From positions 186,001-250,000 of the IMG/VR virus record IMGVR_UViG_3300001782_000005: DNA of 64,000 bases; one strand, given 5' to 3'. The notes below the pieces were generated by a model, which was not told the origin of the DNA, ran no database searches, and saw only the letters and a list, made by a program, of their open reading frames with translations. Shown here in pieces: positions 8,374 to 18,129 of the stretch (positions are counted from its first letter, which is position 1; every line of letters begins with the position of its first letter). The translations under genes were made by a program, and so were the position numbers.

Positions 8374-9003
8374 TTAAATATCTGTCAACTTTTTTGCAAT
8401 ATCTTCTGTTAAGACTGGAGTAGAAACTGTTATTGGTTTTTTTCCCACTCCTTTGCACCTTTTGCACCTAATTACCTCCTTGATTTTTCCTGTATTTACT
8501 GGTCTTGATTTATTACCAGATCCTAAGCAAGACTTGCATTTTATTACTCTTTTTCTTTTGATAGTTTTTCTGTACTCGTATATTCCTTTACCCTCACAGG
8601 TTCGACAAGTCTTTGTACCAACCTTACCTGTGCCTTCACACCTCTTACATTTACTTCTGGCTATACCTGTGCCATCACATAATTTACATGGAAGCACAAG
8701 GATATCATAATGAAAATCGGGTCTGAATCCTTTTCCCCTACAATTCGGGCAAGGATTATTTATGGGGATTCTAATGTAATATCTAGATTTTTCAGCTAGT
8801 TGATCCTCGATTATTGCTGCTATTAGTGTATTTTTTGCAGTGATAATCTTCTCTGTCCCGTCCTTGTCTCCTTTTAGATCTTCGAGTAAATTGACAAAGG
8901 ATGCTATAATGATTTTCTCATCAAGTTCATCAATTTTATTAACGAGATCTAATGCCCATATAGCATTGTCTATCATATCTTGCTCAATACATGATTTAAT
9001 CAT
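8374..9003 (-). CDS. DnaJ-type zinc-finger repeat protein
   Basis: Six CxxCxGxG repeats; no J-domain HPD motif. Confidence 0.7.
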   Translation of the reverse strand: MIKSCIEQDMIDNAIWALDLVNKIDELDEKIIIASFVNLLEDLKGDKDGTEKIITAKNTLIAAIIEDQLAEKSRYYIRIPINNPCPNCRGKGFRPDFHYDILVLPCKLCDGTGIARSKCKRCEGTGKVGTKTCRTCEGKGIYEYRKTIKRKRVIKCKSCLGSGNKSRPVNTGKIKEVIRCKRCKGVGKKPITVSTPVLTEDIAKKLTDI

Positions 9004-9083
9004 GACCCCCTCCCCCCTCTATTCCATATTGTTACCTCCCATTCAAAAAAAGTTGCCCGAAGGCAACATACTATTCTGGAGCT

Positions 9084-9296
9084 CTAGAATATATAATCTA
9101 GAGTCTTCTTTCTCCCTTTATAGAATTTATAAATTGACCAACCAACCCAGATTACAGGTATGATATATACTGCGCGTCTGAAATGGTTTAGGAGGAGAAG
9201 GTCTATCATACATAGTATCCATATTACTATGCTGAGCAAAGCAATTGCACGTATTAGCGGATTAAATATTGTAAGTAATCTGAAAAATCTTCTCAT
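9084..9296 (-). CDS. Small two-TM protein
   Basis: Hydrophobic helices. Confidence 0.5.
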   Translation of the reverse strand: MRRFFRLLTIFNPLIRAIALLSIVIWILCMIDLLLLNHFRRAVYIIPVIWVGWSIYKFYKGRKKTLDYIF

Positions 9297-9348
9297 TTTA
9301 CTAACCCCCTTTCATAATTTTTAAAAACACAAACCCACCGCCTTCAAA

Positions 9349-9363
9349 TATTTATATATATAG
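9349..9363 (-). promoter_or_regulatory. Class-1 promoter-like motif (variant)
   Basis: TATTTATATATATAG upstream of 9296. Confidence 0.45.
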
Positions 9364-9405
9364 AAAAATTCTCAATTCTAAATGGGTATCTATTTTTATA
9401 GAAGG

Positions 9406-9419
9406 GAACAAAATAAAAA
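9406..9419 (+). promoter_or_regulatory. Class-2 promoter-like motif
   Basis: GAACAAAATAAAAA upstream of polymerase. Confidence 0.5.
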
Positions 9420-9436
9420 TTGATTTGTAATGGAGT

Positions 9437-12400
9437 ATGTTTATGTTTAGCATTAAGAACTCTTTTGCTGACTGTATGTCTTGCCCTCTCCTTGATGCCC
9501 CATCATGTATTCTTGAAACTAATTGTTCAGATAACCTAAAGGATATTGAAGTTGTATTTGTATCCGAAAATCCCGGAAAAAATGAGGTCAAGAAAAAGAG
9601 ACCTTTAATAGGAAGAGCGGGAAGAACATTCAGGAAACCATTTGATTTATATATTAGAGATAAATTCAAGTGGTTATTAACAAATTGTGTTTTATGTTGT
9701 ACGTTATTACCAGACGGTAAGACAGGTAACCCAACGCCAGAAATTATTGAGAGATGTAAAGAGAATGCTTTTAATATAATCGAAGCGTGTAGTCCGAAAT
9801 TGATTGTGGCTATGGGTGCAAGTCCAATGTCTGCTTTTGGTTTTGCAAAAACAGGTATAACTGATTTGAGAGGCCAAGTATTTAAATGGAGAGATTATGA
9901 TGTTCTCCTAACTGTTCATCCATCTTTTGTAAATAGAAATCAAAGTTATAAAGGTAAGTTTGAAAGGGATATACAAACTGCTGCAGTAATGCTTGGTGCA
10001 GAACTTGAAGTGAAAGCAGAGAAAGGGATGAATGCTGTAGGAACAGGAAAATATCGTTATAAAATTCCAGAGGAATTCTATAGTCCAGACTATAGACTTG
10101 TTGATGTCCAATTTTTACATAAGACAAATGAAGTTATACATATCTTTAGAGATAAGGATAATAATAAAATTTATCATAAGGAAAATGATGATTATTTCTG
10201 CTATAGAGTTCCAGAAGGTATTGAGAATAAACATCTTGTAGAATATGATAAATTGGAGATAATCAAAGTTCCATATAAACAAAAATCAGCACTAGATCCA
10301 GAAAGAACATACGAAGGTGATATAAGAATATCAGTAAAGTATGCCCAAGATTACTATCACTTTAGTAAGGGCGAACCATCAGAAAAAGAATTAAATATAA
10401 TGTTCTTGGATATTGAGACATACAGTAAAACAAAGGAATTTCCAAATGTTGAAGATGCGGATCATCCGATTTGTCTTATAACATACTATTATCATGGAAA
10501 ATACATAACATATGTAGTCGATAACAAGATTCTATTAAATGATAGAAATGCTCCAGATATTATAACAACTAAAGAGGATCCTATTCATATTTTTAAATCT
10601 GAGCGTGAAATGATCCTTAAATTTATAAAAGATTTGAGAACATTGGAACCAGACTTTCTCGTGGGTTGGAATGTAATTGGGTTTGACCTTTATTATATTT
10701 ATAACAGATGCAGAAAACTAAGAATAAAGCAAGAATCACTCTCAAAATTTAATGAAGTATCATTCTCAATTGATGAGAAAAGACAATATTGTGAGATTGC
10801 TGGGTTAGTAGTTCTTGATCTGCTTAGATTATATAGAAGCTTCACATTTACACAGAAAGAAAATTATCGTCTTGGAACAATCGCTCAGGAGGAGTTGGGA
10901 GAAGAGAAAACAGATGTTGGTGAGAACTTCTCGGAGAAATATGAGAAAGATATTAATGGAGCAATTGACTATAACATAAAAGACGTTGAATTGATTCTAC
11001 GAATAGATAATAAACTCCGACTTATAGTTTTAGAAAATGAAATTAGAAAAATTGGTAGCTCTAGTTTTGCTGGAGCATTTAGTAATCTTGGGAAACTTGA
11101 CAGCTTAGTGATTTCATTTTTGAAAGATAAAGGTTTTGCTTCAAGGAATGCAAATGTCCATAAAGTAAAAGAAGCTTCAATTCCTGGAGCATTTGTCAAG
11201 GAACCGAGAACAGGTATACATGAGTATATTGTTGATTTTGATTTCACATCCCTATATCCAAGTCTAATCTTAACCTATAACATTGGGATAAACACATTTG
11301 TTGCAAAGTTTAAAGATCATACGTTAGGATATGACTTTGTATATCAACTGGATAATCTCCCGGAAGAGTTCACTATAATCTATGATCCTGGTTTTCTTAA
11401 TAAAGAAATGACAGTCAAGAAAGAGGATTTTATTAAGAAGGTCAAAGATGCAAACCTTACATATACAATAAATGGATGTTTCTATAAACCACATGATAAA
11501 GAGGTTTCCGTTTATTCGGAGGTTTTGGACCATTTACTGATTTCTAGAAAAGAATATAAAGACAAAATGTTTGATGCCAAACAAGCAGGGGAAGATCATT
11601 TACATGATATGTACTATGGTCGTCAATTAGTTTACAAAGTTTTAGCTAACGCTTTATATGGAATTCTTACAAACCATTTCTTTAGATTCTACCATGACGA
11701 TCTCGGAAGTAGTATCACTCTAAGTGGTCAAGAAGCTTTGAAAACCTCAATCATTCATGGAAATAATTATGTTGATATGATTAAAAAGAAAGCTTCTAAA
11801 TACGAAGCTCCTGAACCACTGACAAAGCAAGAAATGTATGGTGATGTTACAAGAGATACTGAGTTTATCATTACGGGAGATACTGATAGTTTATTTGTAT
11901 CATTTGATGATATTGTAGATAAAAATAAATCAGAAGATGAGTTAATGAAGCAAATTGAAAGTTGGTGTGATGAAATTCAATTATTTTTGAACAATAAGAT
12001 CATTATGCCATTAGTTACTAATCATAATGTTCCTCTAGAAAGAAATCGTCTTGAGTTAAAGAATGAGCTAGTTATTAAGAGAGGTTTGTTTTTAGCTAAG
12101 AAACATTATGCAATTTATGTAACTTCGCAAGAGGGAAGGAAAACAGATGAAATAGTAAATATGGGTATTGCAACGAAACGAAGTGATTATCCGAGCTATA
12201 CAAAACAATCTCTAAGTGATTTATTGGATCTAATTCTGAAGTCAGAAGAAGTATCATTAAAGAAAATTATGGATTTTATTCACTCAAGAAAAACTTCATT
12301 TATTCATAAGATAAGAGCAGGTGATAAAAGAGTCGCTCGCCCTTCTGCATTTACGAGGAGATTAGATCATTATAAAAAAGTACCTCCTGGAGTAATCTCA

Positions 12401-12700
12401 ATGTTAAATTGGAATGAATTGGAGTATAAGATTTTTGATGTTGGTTCAAAAGGTTATCTATTCAAATTAAATGGCATAGACCTCATGAAAGCTCCTCCAG
12501 ACGTAGCTGAAAAATATAACCAAAAATTCTTAGCAAATGGTAGGAAATTGGACTATATATCTCTTCCAGATGAGGAAATATCTCTACCGTCATATTATGT
12601 AGTTGATGTTAGTGCAATGTTAAAATTTGCATGGGAGGATAGATTTAGTTTAATATTAGAACCAGTAATGAGTCCGAAGCAGGAACTAATGACAATCTAG
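9437..12700 (+). CDS. polB: Family B DNA polymerase with N-terminal family-4 uracil-DNA glycosylase domain
   Basis: UDG: CxxCPL, SENPG, GRAG, HPS; PolB: FLDIET exonuclease, DFTSLYPS, KVLANALYG, GDTDS. Confidence 0.93.
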   Translation: MFMFSIKNSFADCMSCPLLDAPSCILETNCSDNLKDIEVVFVSENPGKNEVKKKRPLIGRAGRTFRKPFDLYIRDKFKWLLTNCVLCCTLLPDGKTGNPTPEIIERCKENAFNIIEACSPKLIVAMGASPMSAFGFAKTGITDLRGQVFKWRDYDVLLTVHPSFVNRNQSYKGKFERDIQTAAVMLGAELEVKAEKGMNAVGTGKYRYKIPEEFYSPDYRLVDVQFLHKTNEVIHIFRDKDNNKIYHKENDDYFCYRVPEGIENKHLVEYDKLEIIKVPYKQKSALDPERTYEGDIRISVKYAQDYYHFSKGEPSEKELNIMFLDIETYSKTKEFPNVEDADHPICLITYYYHGKYITYVVDNKILLNDRNAPDIITTKEDPIHIFKSEREMILKFIKDLRTLEPDFLVGWNVIGFDLYYIYNRCRKLRIKQESLSKFNEVSFSIDEKRQYCEIAGLVVLDLLRLYRSFTFTQKENYRLGTIAQEELGEEKTDVGENFSEKYEKDINGAIDYNIKDVELILRIDNKLRLIVLENEIRKIGSSSFAGAFSNLGKLDSLVISFLKDKGFASRNANVHKVKEASIPGAFVKEPRTGIHEYIVDFDFTSLYPSLILTYNIGINTFVAKFKDHTLGYDFVYQLDNLPEEFTIIYDPGFLNKEMTVKKEDFIKKVKDANLTYTINGCFYKPHDKEVSVYSEVLDHLLISRKEYKDKMFDAKQAGEDHLHDMYYGRQLVYKVLANALYGILTNHFFRFYHDDLGSSITLSGQEALKTSIIHGNNYVDMIKKKASKYEAPEPLTKQEMYGDVTRDTEFIITGDTDSLFVSFDDIVDKNKSEDELMKQIESWCDEIQLFLNNKIIMPLVTNHNVPLERNRLELKNELVIKRGLFLAKKHYAIYVTSQEGRKTDEIVNMGIATKRSDYPSYTKQSLSDLLDLILKSEEVSLKKIMDFIHSRKTSFIHKIRAGDKRVARPSAFTRRLDHYKKVPPGVISMLNWNELEYKIFDVGSKGYLFKLNGIDLMKAPPDVAEKYNQKFLANGRKLDYISLPDEEISLPSYYVVDVSAMLKFAWEDRFSLILEPVMSPKQELMTI

Positions 12701-12774
12701 AAAAAAAAGGGAGTGGGCATCGTCACTCCCTATACTGAGTTGGGGGAAGGTAATTAAAATGCCTAACTCAGTAT
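12701..12774. terminator. Two adjacent hairpins between convergent genes
   Basis: GGGAGTG/CACTCCC and ATACTGAGTTGGG/CCTAACTCAGTAT. Confidence 0.6.
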
Positions 12775-12785
12775 TTCGATAATCA

Positions 12786-13028
12786 CTATTTTAGAAATTG
12801 TGGGATAAAGGCTATCACAATAATCGCACCTGCTAAATATCCACCAATTCCTATAAAGGTTCTGGTAAATGTTTTCCATGTAAAACCCTCTTTTATATCT
12901 GCTGCAAACAAACCAATTGCTAGTGCTGATATAATTAAGCTAGTAATTGCTAAACCAGAAGTTTTACATGATAATAGAGAAATCATTCCAATCAAACCTG
13001 TTAAAAAACATAAGAGATTTCTTTTCAT
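12786..13028 (-). CDS. Small membrane protein, paralog 1
   Basis: RNLLCFLTG; three TM segments. Confidence 0.6.
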   Translation of the reverse strand: MKRNLLCFLTGLIGMISLLSCKTSGLAITSLIISALAIGLFAADIKEGFTWKTFTRTFIGIGGYLAGAIIVIAFIPQFLK

Positions 13029-13037
13029 GCTCTTCTC

Positions 13038-13253
13038 CTATATTACTACGTAAGCAATAAGGTATCCGCCCATGAAGGATATGAACTCAACACCTTTACT
13101 TTTTACACCGATAAAAATACCTATCATAAGGAGAATAATCATTATTGGAACTTGAGAAACTCCAAACTTTGACCTGGCTATATTAATAATCAGAAAAATA
13201 ATTACTCCAGCAGCAAACGATAGTAAATTTCTAAAAATTGTTTTTATATCCAT
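13038..13253 (-). CDS. Small membrane protein, paralog 2
   Basis: RNLLSFAAG; three TM segments. Confidence 0.6.
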   Translation of the reverse strand: MDIKTIFRNLLSFAAGVIIFLIINIARSKFGVSQVPIMIILLMIGIFIGVKSKGVEFISFMGGYLIAYVVI

Positions 13254-13271
13254 TTATCTTCTCCTGAAGTA

Positions 13272-13308
13272 ATGGAATGGAGAGGATATCAATCCCTCTC
13301 CATTCCAT
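13272..13308 (-). terminator. Hairpin between paralogs
   Basis: ATGGAATGGAGAGG/CCTCTCCATTCCAT perfect 14-bp stem. Confidence 0.55.
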
Positions 13309-13314
13309 CTGGTT

Positions 13315-13578
13315 TTACAACATGACGAAGATGTAGGTAAGAACGAAACCACTTACGGTTGAAAAGACCTCAGCGGTCTTATTCATTCTTGCTACAAGGA
13401 CCCCTGTTCCTATGAGTATTACAGGACCAAAGAGTTCCGGAAACGGAACACCTTTCATTCCCATGTAGACAATCACTAGAAACACTGATACGCCAAGTGC
13501 AAAAGCAATAGCGTTCCTGAGAAGACCGCCTATGAAAATGAAAATGCTTTTGAAAAGTTTCTTTAGAAAATTCTTCAT
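13315..13578 (-). CDS. Small membrane protein, paralog 3
   Basis: RNAIAFALG; three TM segments; GGAGGA RBS. Confidence 0.6.
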   Translation of the reverse strand: MKNFLKKLFKSIFIFIGGLLRNAIAFALGVSVFLVIVYMGMKGVPFPELFGPVILIGTGVLVARMNKTAEVFSTVSGFVLTYIFVML

Positions 13579-13618
13579 GATTATCCTCCTTTAAAAGACA
13601 TAGCCAATTTCTCTTTAA

Positions 13619-13633
13619 AATTAATATATATAG
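13619..13633 (-). promoter_or_regulatory. Class-1 promoter-like motif
   Basis: Exact AATTAATATATATAG. Confidence 0.6.
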
Positions 13634-13668
13634 CAACTTTAGATATGAGAAAAAGAACTTGAGATTGA

Positions 13669-13682
13669 GAACAAAATAAAAA
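13669..13682 (+). promoter_or_regulatory. Class-2 promoter-like motif
   Basis: GAACAAAATAAAAA upstream of queE. Confidence 0.5.
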
Positions 13683-13697
13683 ACAGAAAGGAGTCAA

Positions 13698-14369
13698 ATG
13701 AAACGGAGAATCAAAGCAATCGAATGTATTCAAACATGGCAGGGCGAAGGACCAGATACTGGTAAATCAATGCTTCTTATCAGATTTAAACATTGCGATC
13801 GAGTTGATCATAAGAACCCTTGTAATTGGTGCGATACATTAGTTAAGATGAGAGTTAGTCCAGAAGCAGAATATTCCTTACAAGAATTACAAAATATAAT
13901 AGATGATCAGAAATGTGGTTTGATGATAACTGGTGGAGAACCCACATGGGATCCACATTATAAAGATACGATTCTATTATTGAGGATGTTAAAGTATAAA
14001 TCTGCAAACGTTGAAACAAATGGTTATCGCTTAAGAGACCTCTATAAACAAAGTACACAAGATAATATCAACTATATTTACTCTCCTAAGATGTTTTATC
14101 CACATGAAGTAGATGATGCAGTTGAGATGACTAAATGGGCTAAAACTCGTAAAAATGTTTATATAAAAGTTGTATATAACAGGACTCGTGAGGATTATAA
14201 TTTTATTGAAAAGATTTCTGATATGGATATCAATGATAGGATCTATTTGATGCCACAAGGATGCAATAGAGAAGAACTATTAAAGAATACACCATTTGTA
14301 TTGGATATGGCTGAAAAGTTTAAAGTAAACATTTCAACGAGAATGCATTTAATGTTCGAATTTATCTAA
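13698..14369 (+). CDS. queE: 7-carboxy-7-deazaguanine synthase QueE-like radical SAM enzyme
   Basis: QGEG, IRFxxC-x8-CxxCDT, ITGGEP, VETNG, YSPK, LMPQG. Confidence 0.85.
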   Translation: MKRRIKAIECIQTWQGEGPDTGKSMLLIRFKHCDRVDHKNPCNWCDTLVKMRVSPEAEYSLQELQNIIDDQKCGLMITGGEPTWDPHYKDTILLLRMLKYKSANVETNGYRLRDLYKQSTQDNINYIYSPKMFYPHEVDDAVEMTKWAKTRKNVYIKVVYNRTREDYNFIEKISDMDINDRIYLMPQGCNREELLKNTPFVLDMAEKFKVNISTRMHLMFEFI

Positions 14370-14383
14370 GAGAGGAGAAGAGA

Positions 14384-14647
14384 ATGATTCAAGCAGTGAT
14401 GGATAAAGTGGTAGTTGAAGTTCTAAAAGAAGAACCAAAAACTGAAGCTGGAATAATTGTTCCTGATACAGCCACTAAAAATCCACAAATTAATGGAAAA
14501 GTAATGTCTGTTGGAGAAACAATTGAGACGATTAAACCCAATGATATTATTATGTGCCATAGGGCCGGAGGGCAAGATATTCTTTATAAAGGAAAACTTT
14601 ATAAAGTATTAGCATATGGTGAAATCTATGGAGTTGTAAGAGAGTAA
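14384..14647 (+). CDS. groES: Co-chaperonin GroES
   Basis: DKVVV...KTEAGIIVPDTA...GKVMSVG...EIYGVV. Confidence 0.9.
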   Translation: MIQAVMDKVVVEVLKEEPKTEAGIIVPDTATKNPQINGKVMSVGETIETIKPNDIIMCHRAGGQDILYKGKLYKVLAYGEIYGVVRE

Positions 14648-15195
14648 TGCTTAAGAAAGTAAAAGAGAAGATTAGAAAAGCAAAAGAGGCCCTTAATGGA
14701 GGACCAGTAAATTCCCAAGTGGTTTCTCATAACCATAGTATGGGTCATGGTCATTCCTATACTGGAGTTACGCAAGGTCATACTCATGCGGTACCGGGGC
14801 ATAGTCATAGCCATAGTTTTAGTACAGCATGGCCTTATGATCCTTCTACTGGACCTCTAGCAGAAACCCTTGAATGGTTTCACAAAGTTTTTTGTCCTTG
14901 TGGCAGTATTGAATGGATAGAAGTTGTGCGTAAATGGTCATGGAGTCATATAAAGGGTGATAATGTAAATAAAAAATTGGTTATTTGTAAGGAGTGTGAA
15001 AAGGTTACAATAGTTGATGATGACGAGATTGTTGAGCAAAGAGACCCAATTGATATAGATGATAAGTTTGAATTCTTTGAAAAAATACAGGAATTAAGAA
15101 TAGATTTTGAGAAAAATCAGTTTCCCAGAACAACTACCACATGGCCTGCTACTTCAACAACGAGTACAACTCCACCGCCTAGGAGCTGGCGATGA
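14647..15195 (+). CDS. Hypothetical His-rich, Cys-pair protein
   Basis: HxH repeats, CxC and CxxC, Thr/Pro tail. Confidence 0.55.
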   Translation: MLKKVKEKIRKAKEALNGGPVNSQVVSHNHSMGHGHSYTGVTQGHTHAVPGHSHSHSFSTAWPYDPSTGPLAETLEWFHKVFCPCGSIEWIEVVRKWSWSHIKGDNVNKKLVICKECEKVTIVDDDEIVEQRDPIDIDDKFEFFEKIQELRIDFEKNQFPRTTTTWPATSTTSTTPPPRSWR

Positions 15196-16055
15196 ATATA
15201 GTGAAAATAGAAGCAACAACACTCGAAGATGCATGGTTTAGAACATTATTTGAAATGATTGAAAATGGGCGAGTTTTCAAGATTGACCAAGGCTCATATG
15301 CTGGTCAGAAGCGACTTGAATTTGATTATGTTGTAGTTGGAATAAAAGATCCAGGAAATAAAGAACATATGTATTTACCCGATAGTAGTAGATTACTCCC
15401 TAGGATACCAGAGCAATATGGGATACCTAATCCTGTTGCTGATGATTATTTAGATGACTACTTACCATATTTAATGACTGATTTAGTTTCTGAGAAAGAA
15501 TCATATACTTACGGACAGAGAATAAATAAAGTCTCTATGCCTCTTGATTACTACTATAGAAGAAAAGAGTTTTTAGACGGTCATAAAACAGATGAAGAGT
15601 GTTTAGTCTATACTGATGCTTGTTGGGATAATCGAGAGGTTGTTCCTTTAGAATTTGATTCTCGAGGAAATGAGATGTGGTTTTTGAGTCAAGTTAATTG
15701 GGTAATATGGACTTATAAAAATAAAGGTCATAGAAATAATCAGATGGTTTTACAGGTTGCTAGTCCAAGTGATATTGTTTTAAAAGATCCACCGTGTTTA
15801 AGACATATTGATACAAGAGTTCAAGACAATAAGTTACATTTTTTCCCTTATTTTAGATCGTGGGATTTATGGAATGGTTTCCCTGCAAACTTAGCAGCGA
15901 TCCAATTATTGAAAGAATATATGGCAGCAGAAATTGGAGTTGACGATGGAGAAATAGTTTGTGCATCTAAAGGTCTCCATATTTATGATTATGCTTTTGA
16001 TCTGGCCAAATGCGTCAGAATGAAAGAAGAGGGTTTTATGTTTAAGGGGGAATAA
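15192..16055 (+). CDS. thyA: Thymidylate synthase (ThyA-type)
   Basis: YTYGQR, PPCL, FRSWDLWNGFPANL, HIY; dUMP-specifying Asn retained. Confidence 0.85.
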   Translation: MNIVKIEATTLEDAWFRTLFEMIENGRVFKIDQGSYAGQKRLEFDYVVVGIKDPGNKEHMYLPDSSRLLPRIPEQYGIPNPVADDYLDDYLPYLMTDLVSEKESYTYGQRINKVSMPLDYYYRRKEFLDGHKTDEECLVYTDACWDNREVVPLEFDSRGNEMWFLSQVNWVIWTYKNKGHRNNQMVLQVASPSDIVLKDPPCLRHIDTRVQDNKLHFFPYFRSWDLWNGFPANLAAIQLLKEYMAAEIGVDDGEIVCASKGLHIYDYAFDLAKCVRMKEEGFMFKGE

Positions 16056-16169
16056 TTATGATTAAAGGCACAATGTTACAAAGATTAATTGCACCACATT
16101 TAAGCGGCCCTCCTTATTTGCTTAAAGAGATTGAAGAGAATATTCAAAAGTACAACGAAAGGAAAAAGA

Positions 16170-16631
16170 ATGAACGAAATAGTGGCAGACATGTTCAGCG
16201 AAAAGGTGGTCAAACTCGCTGATGCAATATGTCTTACCACAAATGGATTTGTAAAAAAGAATGGTTGTTGTGTAATGGGAGCTGGAAACGCTAAACAAGC
16301 AAGAGATAAATTTGATGGTATTGATAAATCCTTGGGAGGTTTAATTAAAGAGAAAGGAAATATAGTTCAGATTATTTGGAAATTAGAGAATACATTCATT
16401 TTATCTTTTCCAGTTAAACATAATTGGTGGGAGAAAGCAGATATAAATCTGCTTGAATCTTCAGCAAAACAACTTGTAAAATTGACCGATGAAATGGGTT
16501 GGCAAAAAGTGATCCTACCAAGACCTGGTTGTCACAATGGAAAACTTAAGTGGCTTTCCGAAGTGAAACCGATCCTTAGGAAATATCTCGACAATAGGTT
16601 CTATATTATAAATCTTCCTGGTAAGTACTAA
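16170..16631 (+). CDS. Macro-domain (ADP-ribose binding/hydrolase) protein
   Basis: TTN...VMGAGNAK, FPVK, LPRPGCHNG. Confidence 0.75.
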   Translation: MNEIVADMFSEKVVKLADAICLTTNGFVKKNGCCVMGAGNAKQARDKFDGIDKSLGGLIKEKGNIVQIIWKLENTFILSFPVKHNWWEKADINLLESSAKQLVKLTDEMGWQKVILPRPGCHNGKLKWLSEVKPILRKYLDNRFYIINLPGKY

Positions 16632-16657
16632 CCCGTTAAACCTATTCCATTTTATGC

Positions 16658-16686
16658 TTGACTTACCAAGAATATTTTTTTATAAT
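16658..16686 (+). promoter_or_regulatory. Sigma70-type promoter
   Basis: TTGACT-17 bp-TATAAT upstream of 16723; class-2 motif follows at 16690-16703. Confidence 0.75.
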
Positions 16687-16722
16687 ATGGAACAAATAAA
16701 AAAATCGAGATAGGAGTGTAAT

Positions 16723-18129
16723 ATGCGGTCAGATTATATTTGTGCGGGTGTCCAAACTCTAAATAATATATTAGAGAATTTCTATAGGGACCCTGAGAGA
16801 GGTTTTGATAATCATTTCACTCGTGATACTTTATCCGATTTCTTTGATAAAACCTGCAATACATTTCTGCATTCTTTTGGTCAAAACCTTCGAAAAAGAA
16901 AGAATATGAAGGGATATGCTGATAATGAAGCAGAAATGTTAAGAGGTATGAAACAGGGTACAATATTTGGCCACTCTGAATTAGTTGTAGACTCTGGTGG
17001 ATTTCAGGTTAGTGTGGGAGATTTGGATTTAGAGCAAACGAAAGGACTTTTTGAGATATATCATGACTTCTTAGAAAGACATCAAGATGTCTATGATCGA
17101 GCATTTGTATTAGACCTACCTCCTGGTCAAGGGGGTCATCCAAAATTCTTTGAGACGTTTGATGATATCTATAAGTGGAATTATATGTCTTATACTAAGG
17201 CCGCCAGTTTTCCAAAGGCTATAAGAAATAAGTTAATTTATATTCACCATTTTAGAACTCCTGCTCTTTGGGATATATTTATGAAAATTATGCGGGATGA
17301 TAATTTATTTGTTGAATTTGAGCACCATGGAACTGGAGGTATGGTTGCAAACCTTTCATCTGATTCTGTCACTCCATGTATCACTTATATTATTCCTTTA
17401 ATTCCTCTACTAAACGAAGCAAAAAGAAATAAAAGGAATTATTTACATTTTCATGTTCTTGGAATTGGAAATCCTAGAGATATATTTTTCTATGAGTTCT
17501 TCAAAACTCATGTTAAGAAGGTTCATAATATAGATCTAACTATATCATACGATTCAGCTGGAGCGGCCTTTAAACAGTTGAATAGAGCAAGGTATATATT
17601 AGTTTATGATAGGGTTAATGATATGGTTGTAAAGATGTATATAAAAACATCCTATCTCAATAGAAGATTCGGTAGGAATAACAGACGAGTAATTGATGCT
17701 TATAGTACAGAATTAAATAATATGGCCAATAGATATGGTTTCAAACAATTATCTCTAAATGAAGCCTCAGATATTTATCAAAAAGATGGAGAGGGAACTT
17801 TTCACGACGTTGTAAAAATCTACTCTATGTTGTACTCCTTAGAATCAATGAGACAAATACAAGAAGTTTCAAAACAACGCACAGATGAATTATATCCACT
17901 ATATGAGGCCAGACAGTTGGAAGAGTTTAATAGGGGTGTAGAATTAGTAACGAGAAAGTTTAATCATGAAAGAATAACAAGAAAGCAGAAAGCAAAGACA
18001 AACAGTTTAATAAGGTCTCTAGATATGCTAACAACTCTTGATGAAGAATATTGTGAATACGTAGTCAAAAGATTTCTAGCAAAAGATGAATTTATTCACC
18101 TAGATTCATCTTGTCCATTGAGGTTCTAA
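16723..18129 (+). CDS. TGT-fold transglycosylase, DpdA-like (7-deazaguanine insertion into DNA)
   Basis: VDSGGFQ, VLDLPP, HVLGIG, YDSAG motifs; QueC/QueE nearby. Confidence 0.65.
   Translation: MRSDYICAGVQTLNNILENFYRDPERGFDNHFTRDTLSDFFDKTCNTFLHSFGQNLRKRKNMKGYADNEAEMLRGMKQGTIFGHSELVVDSGGFQVSVGDLDLEQTKGLFEIYHDFLERHQDVYDRAFVLDLPPGQGGHPKFFETFDDIYKWNYMSYTKAASFPKAIRNKLIYIHHFRTPALWDIFMKIMRDDNLFVEFEHHGTGGMVANLSSDSVTPCITYIIPLIPLLNEAKRNKRNYLHFHVLGIGNPRDIFFYEFFKTHVKKVHNIDLTISYDSAGAAFKQLNRARYILVYDRVNDMVVKMYIKTSYLNRRFGRNNRRVIDAYSTELNNMANRYGFKQLSLNEASDIYQKDGEGTFHDVVKIYSMLYSLESMRQIQEVSKQRTDELYPLYEARQLEEFNRGVELVTRKFNHERITRKQKAKTNSLIRSLDMLTTLDEEYCEYVVKRFLAKDEFIHLDSSCPLRF

Noticed and set aside
8374-9003. DnaJ chaperone
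   Set aside because: Only the CxxCxGxG repeats are present; no J-domain HPD motif.
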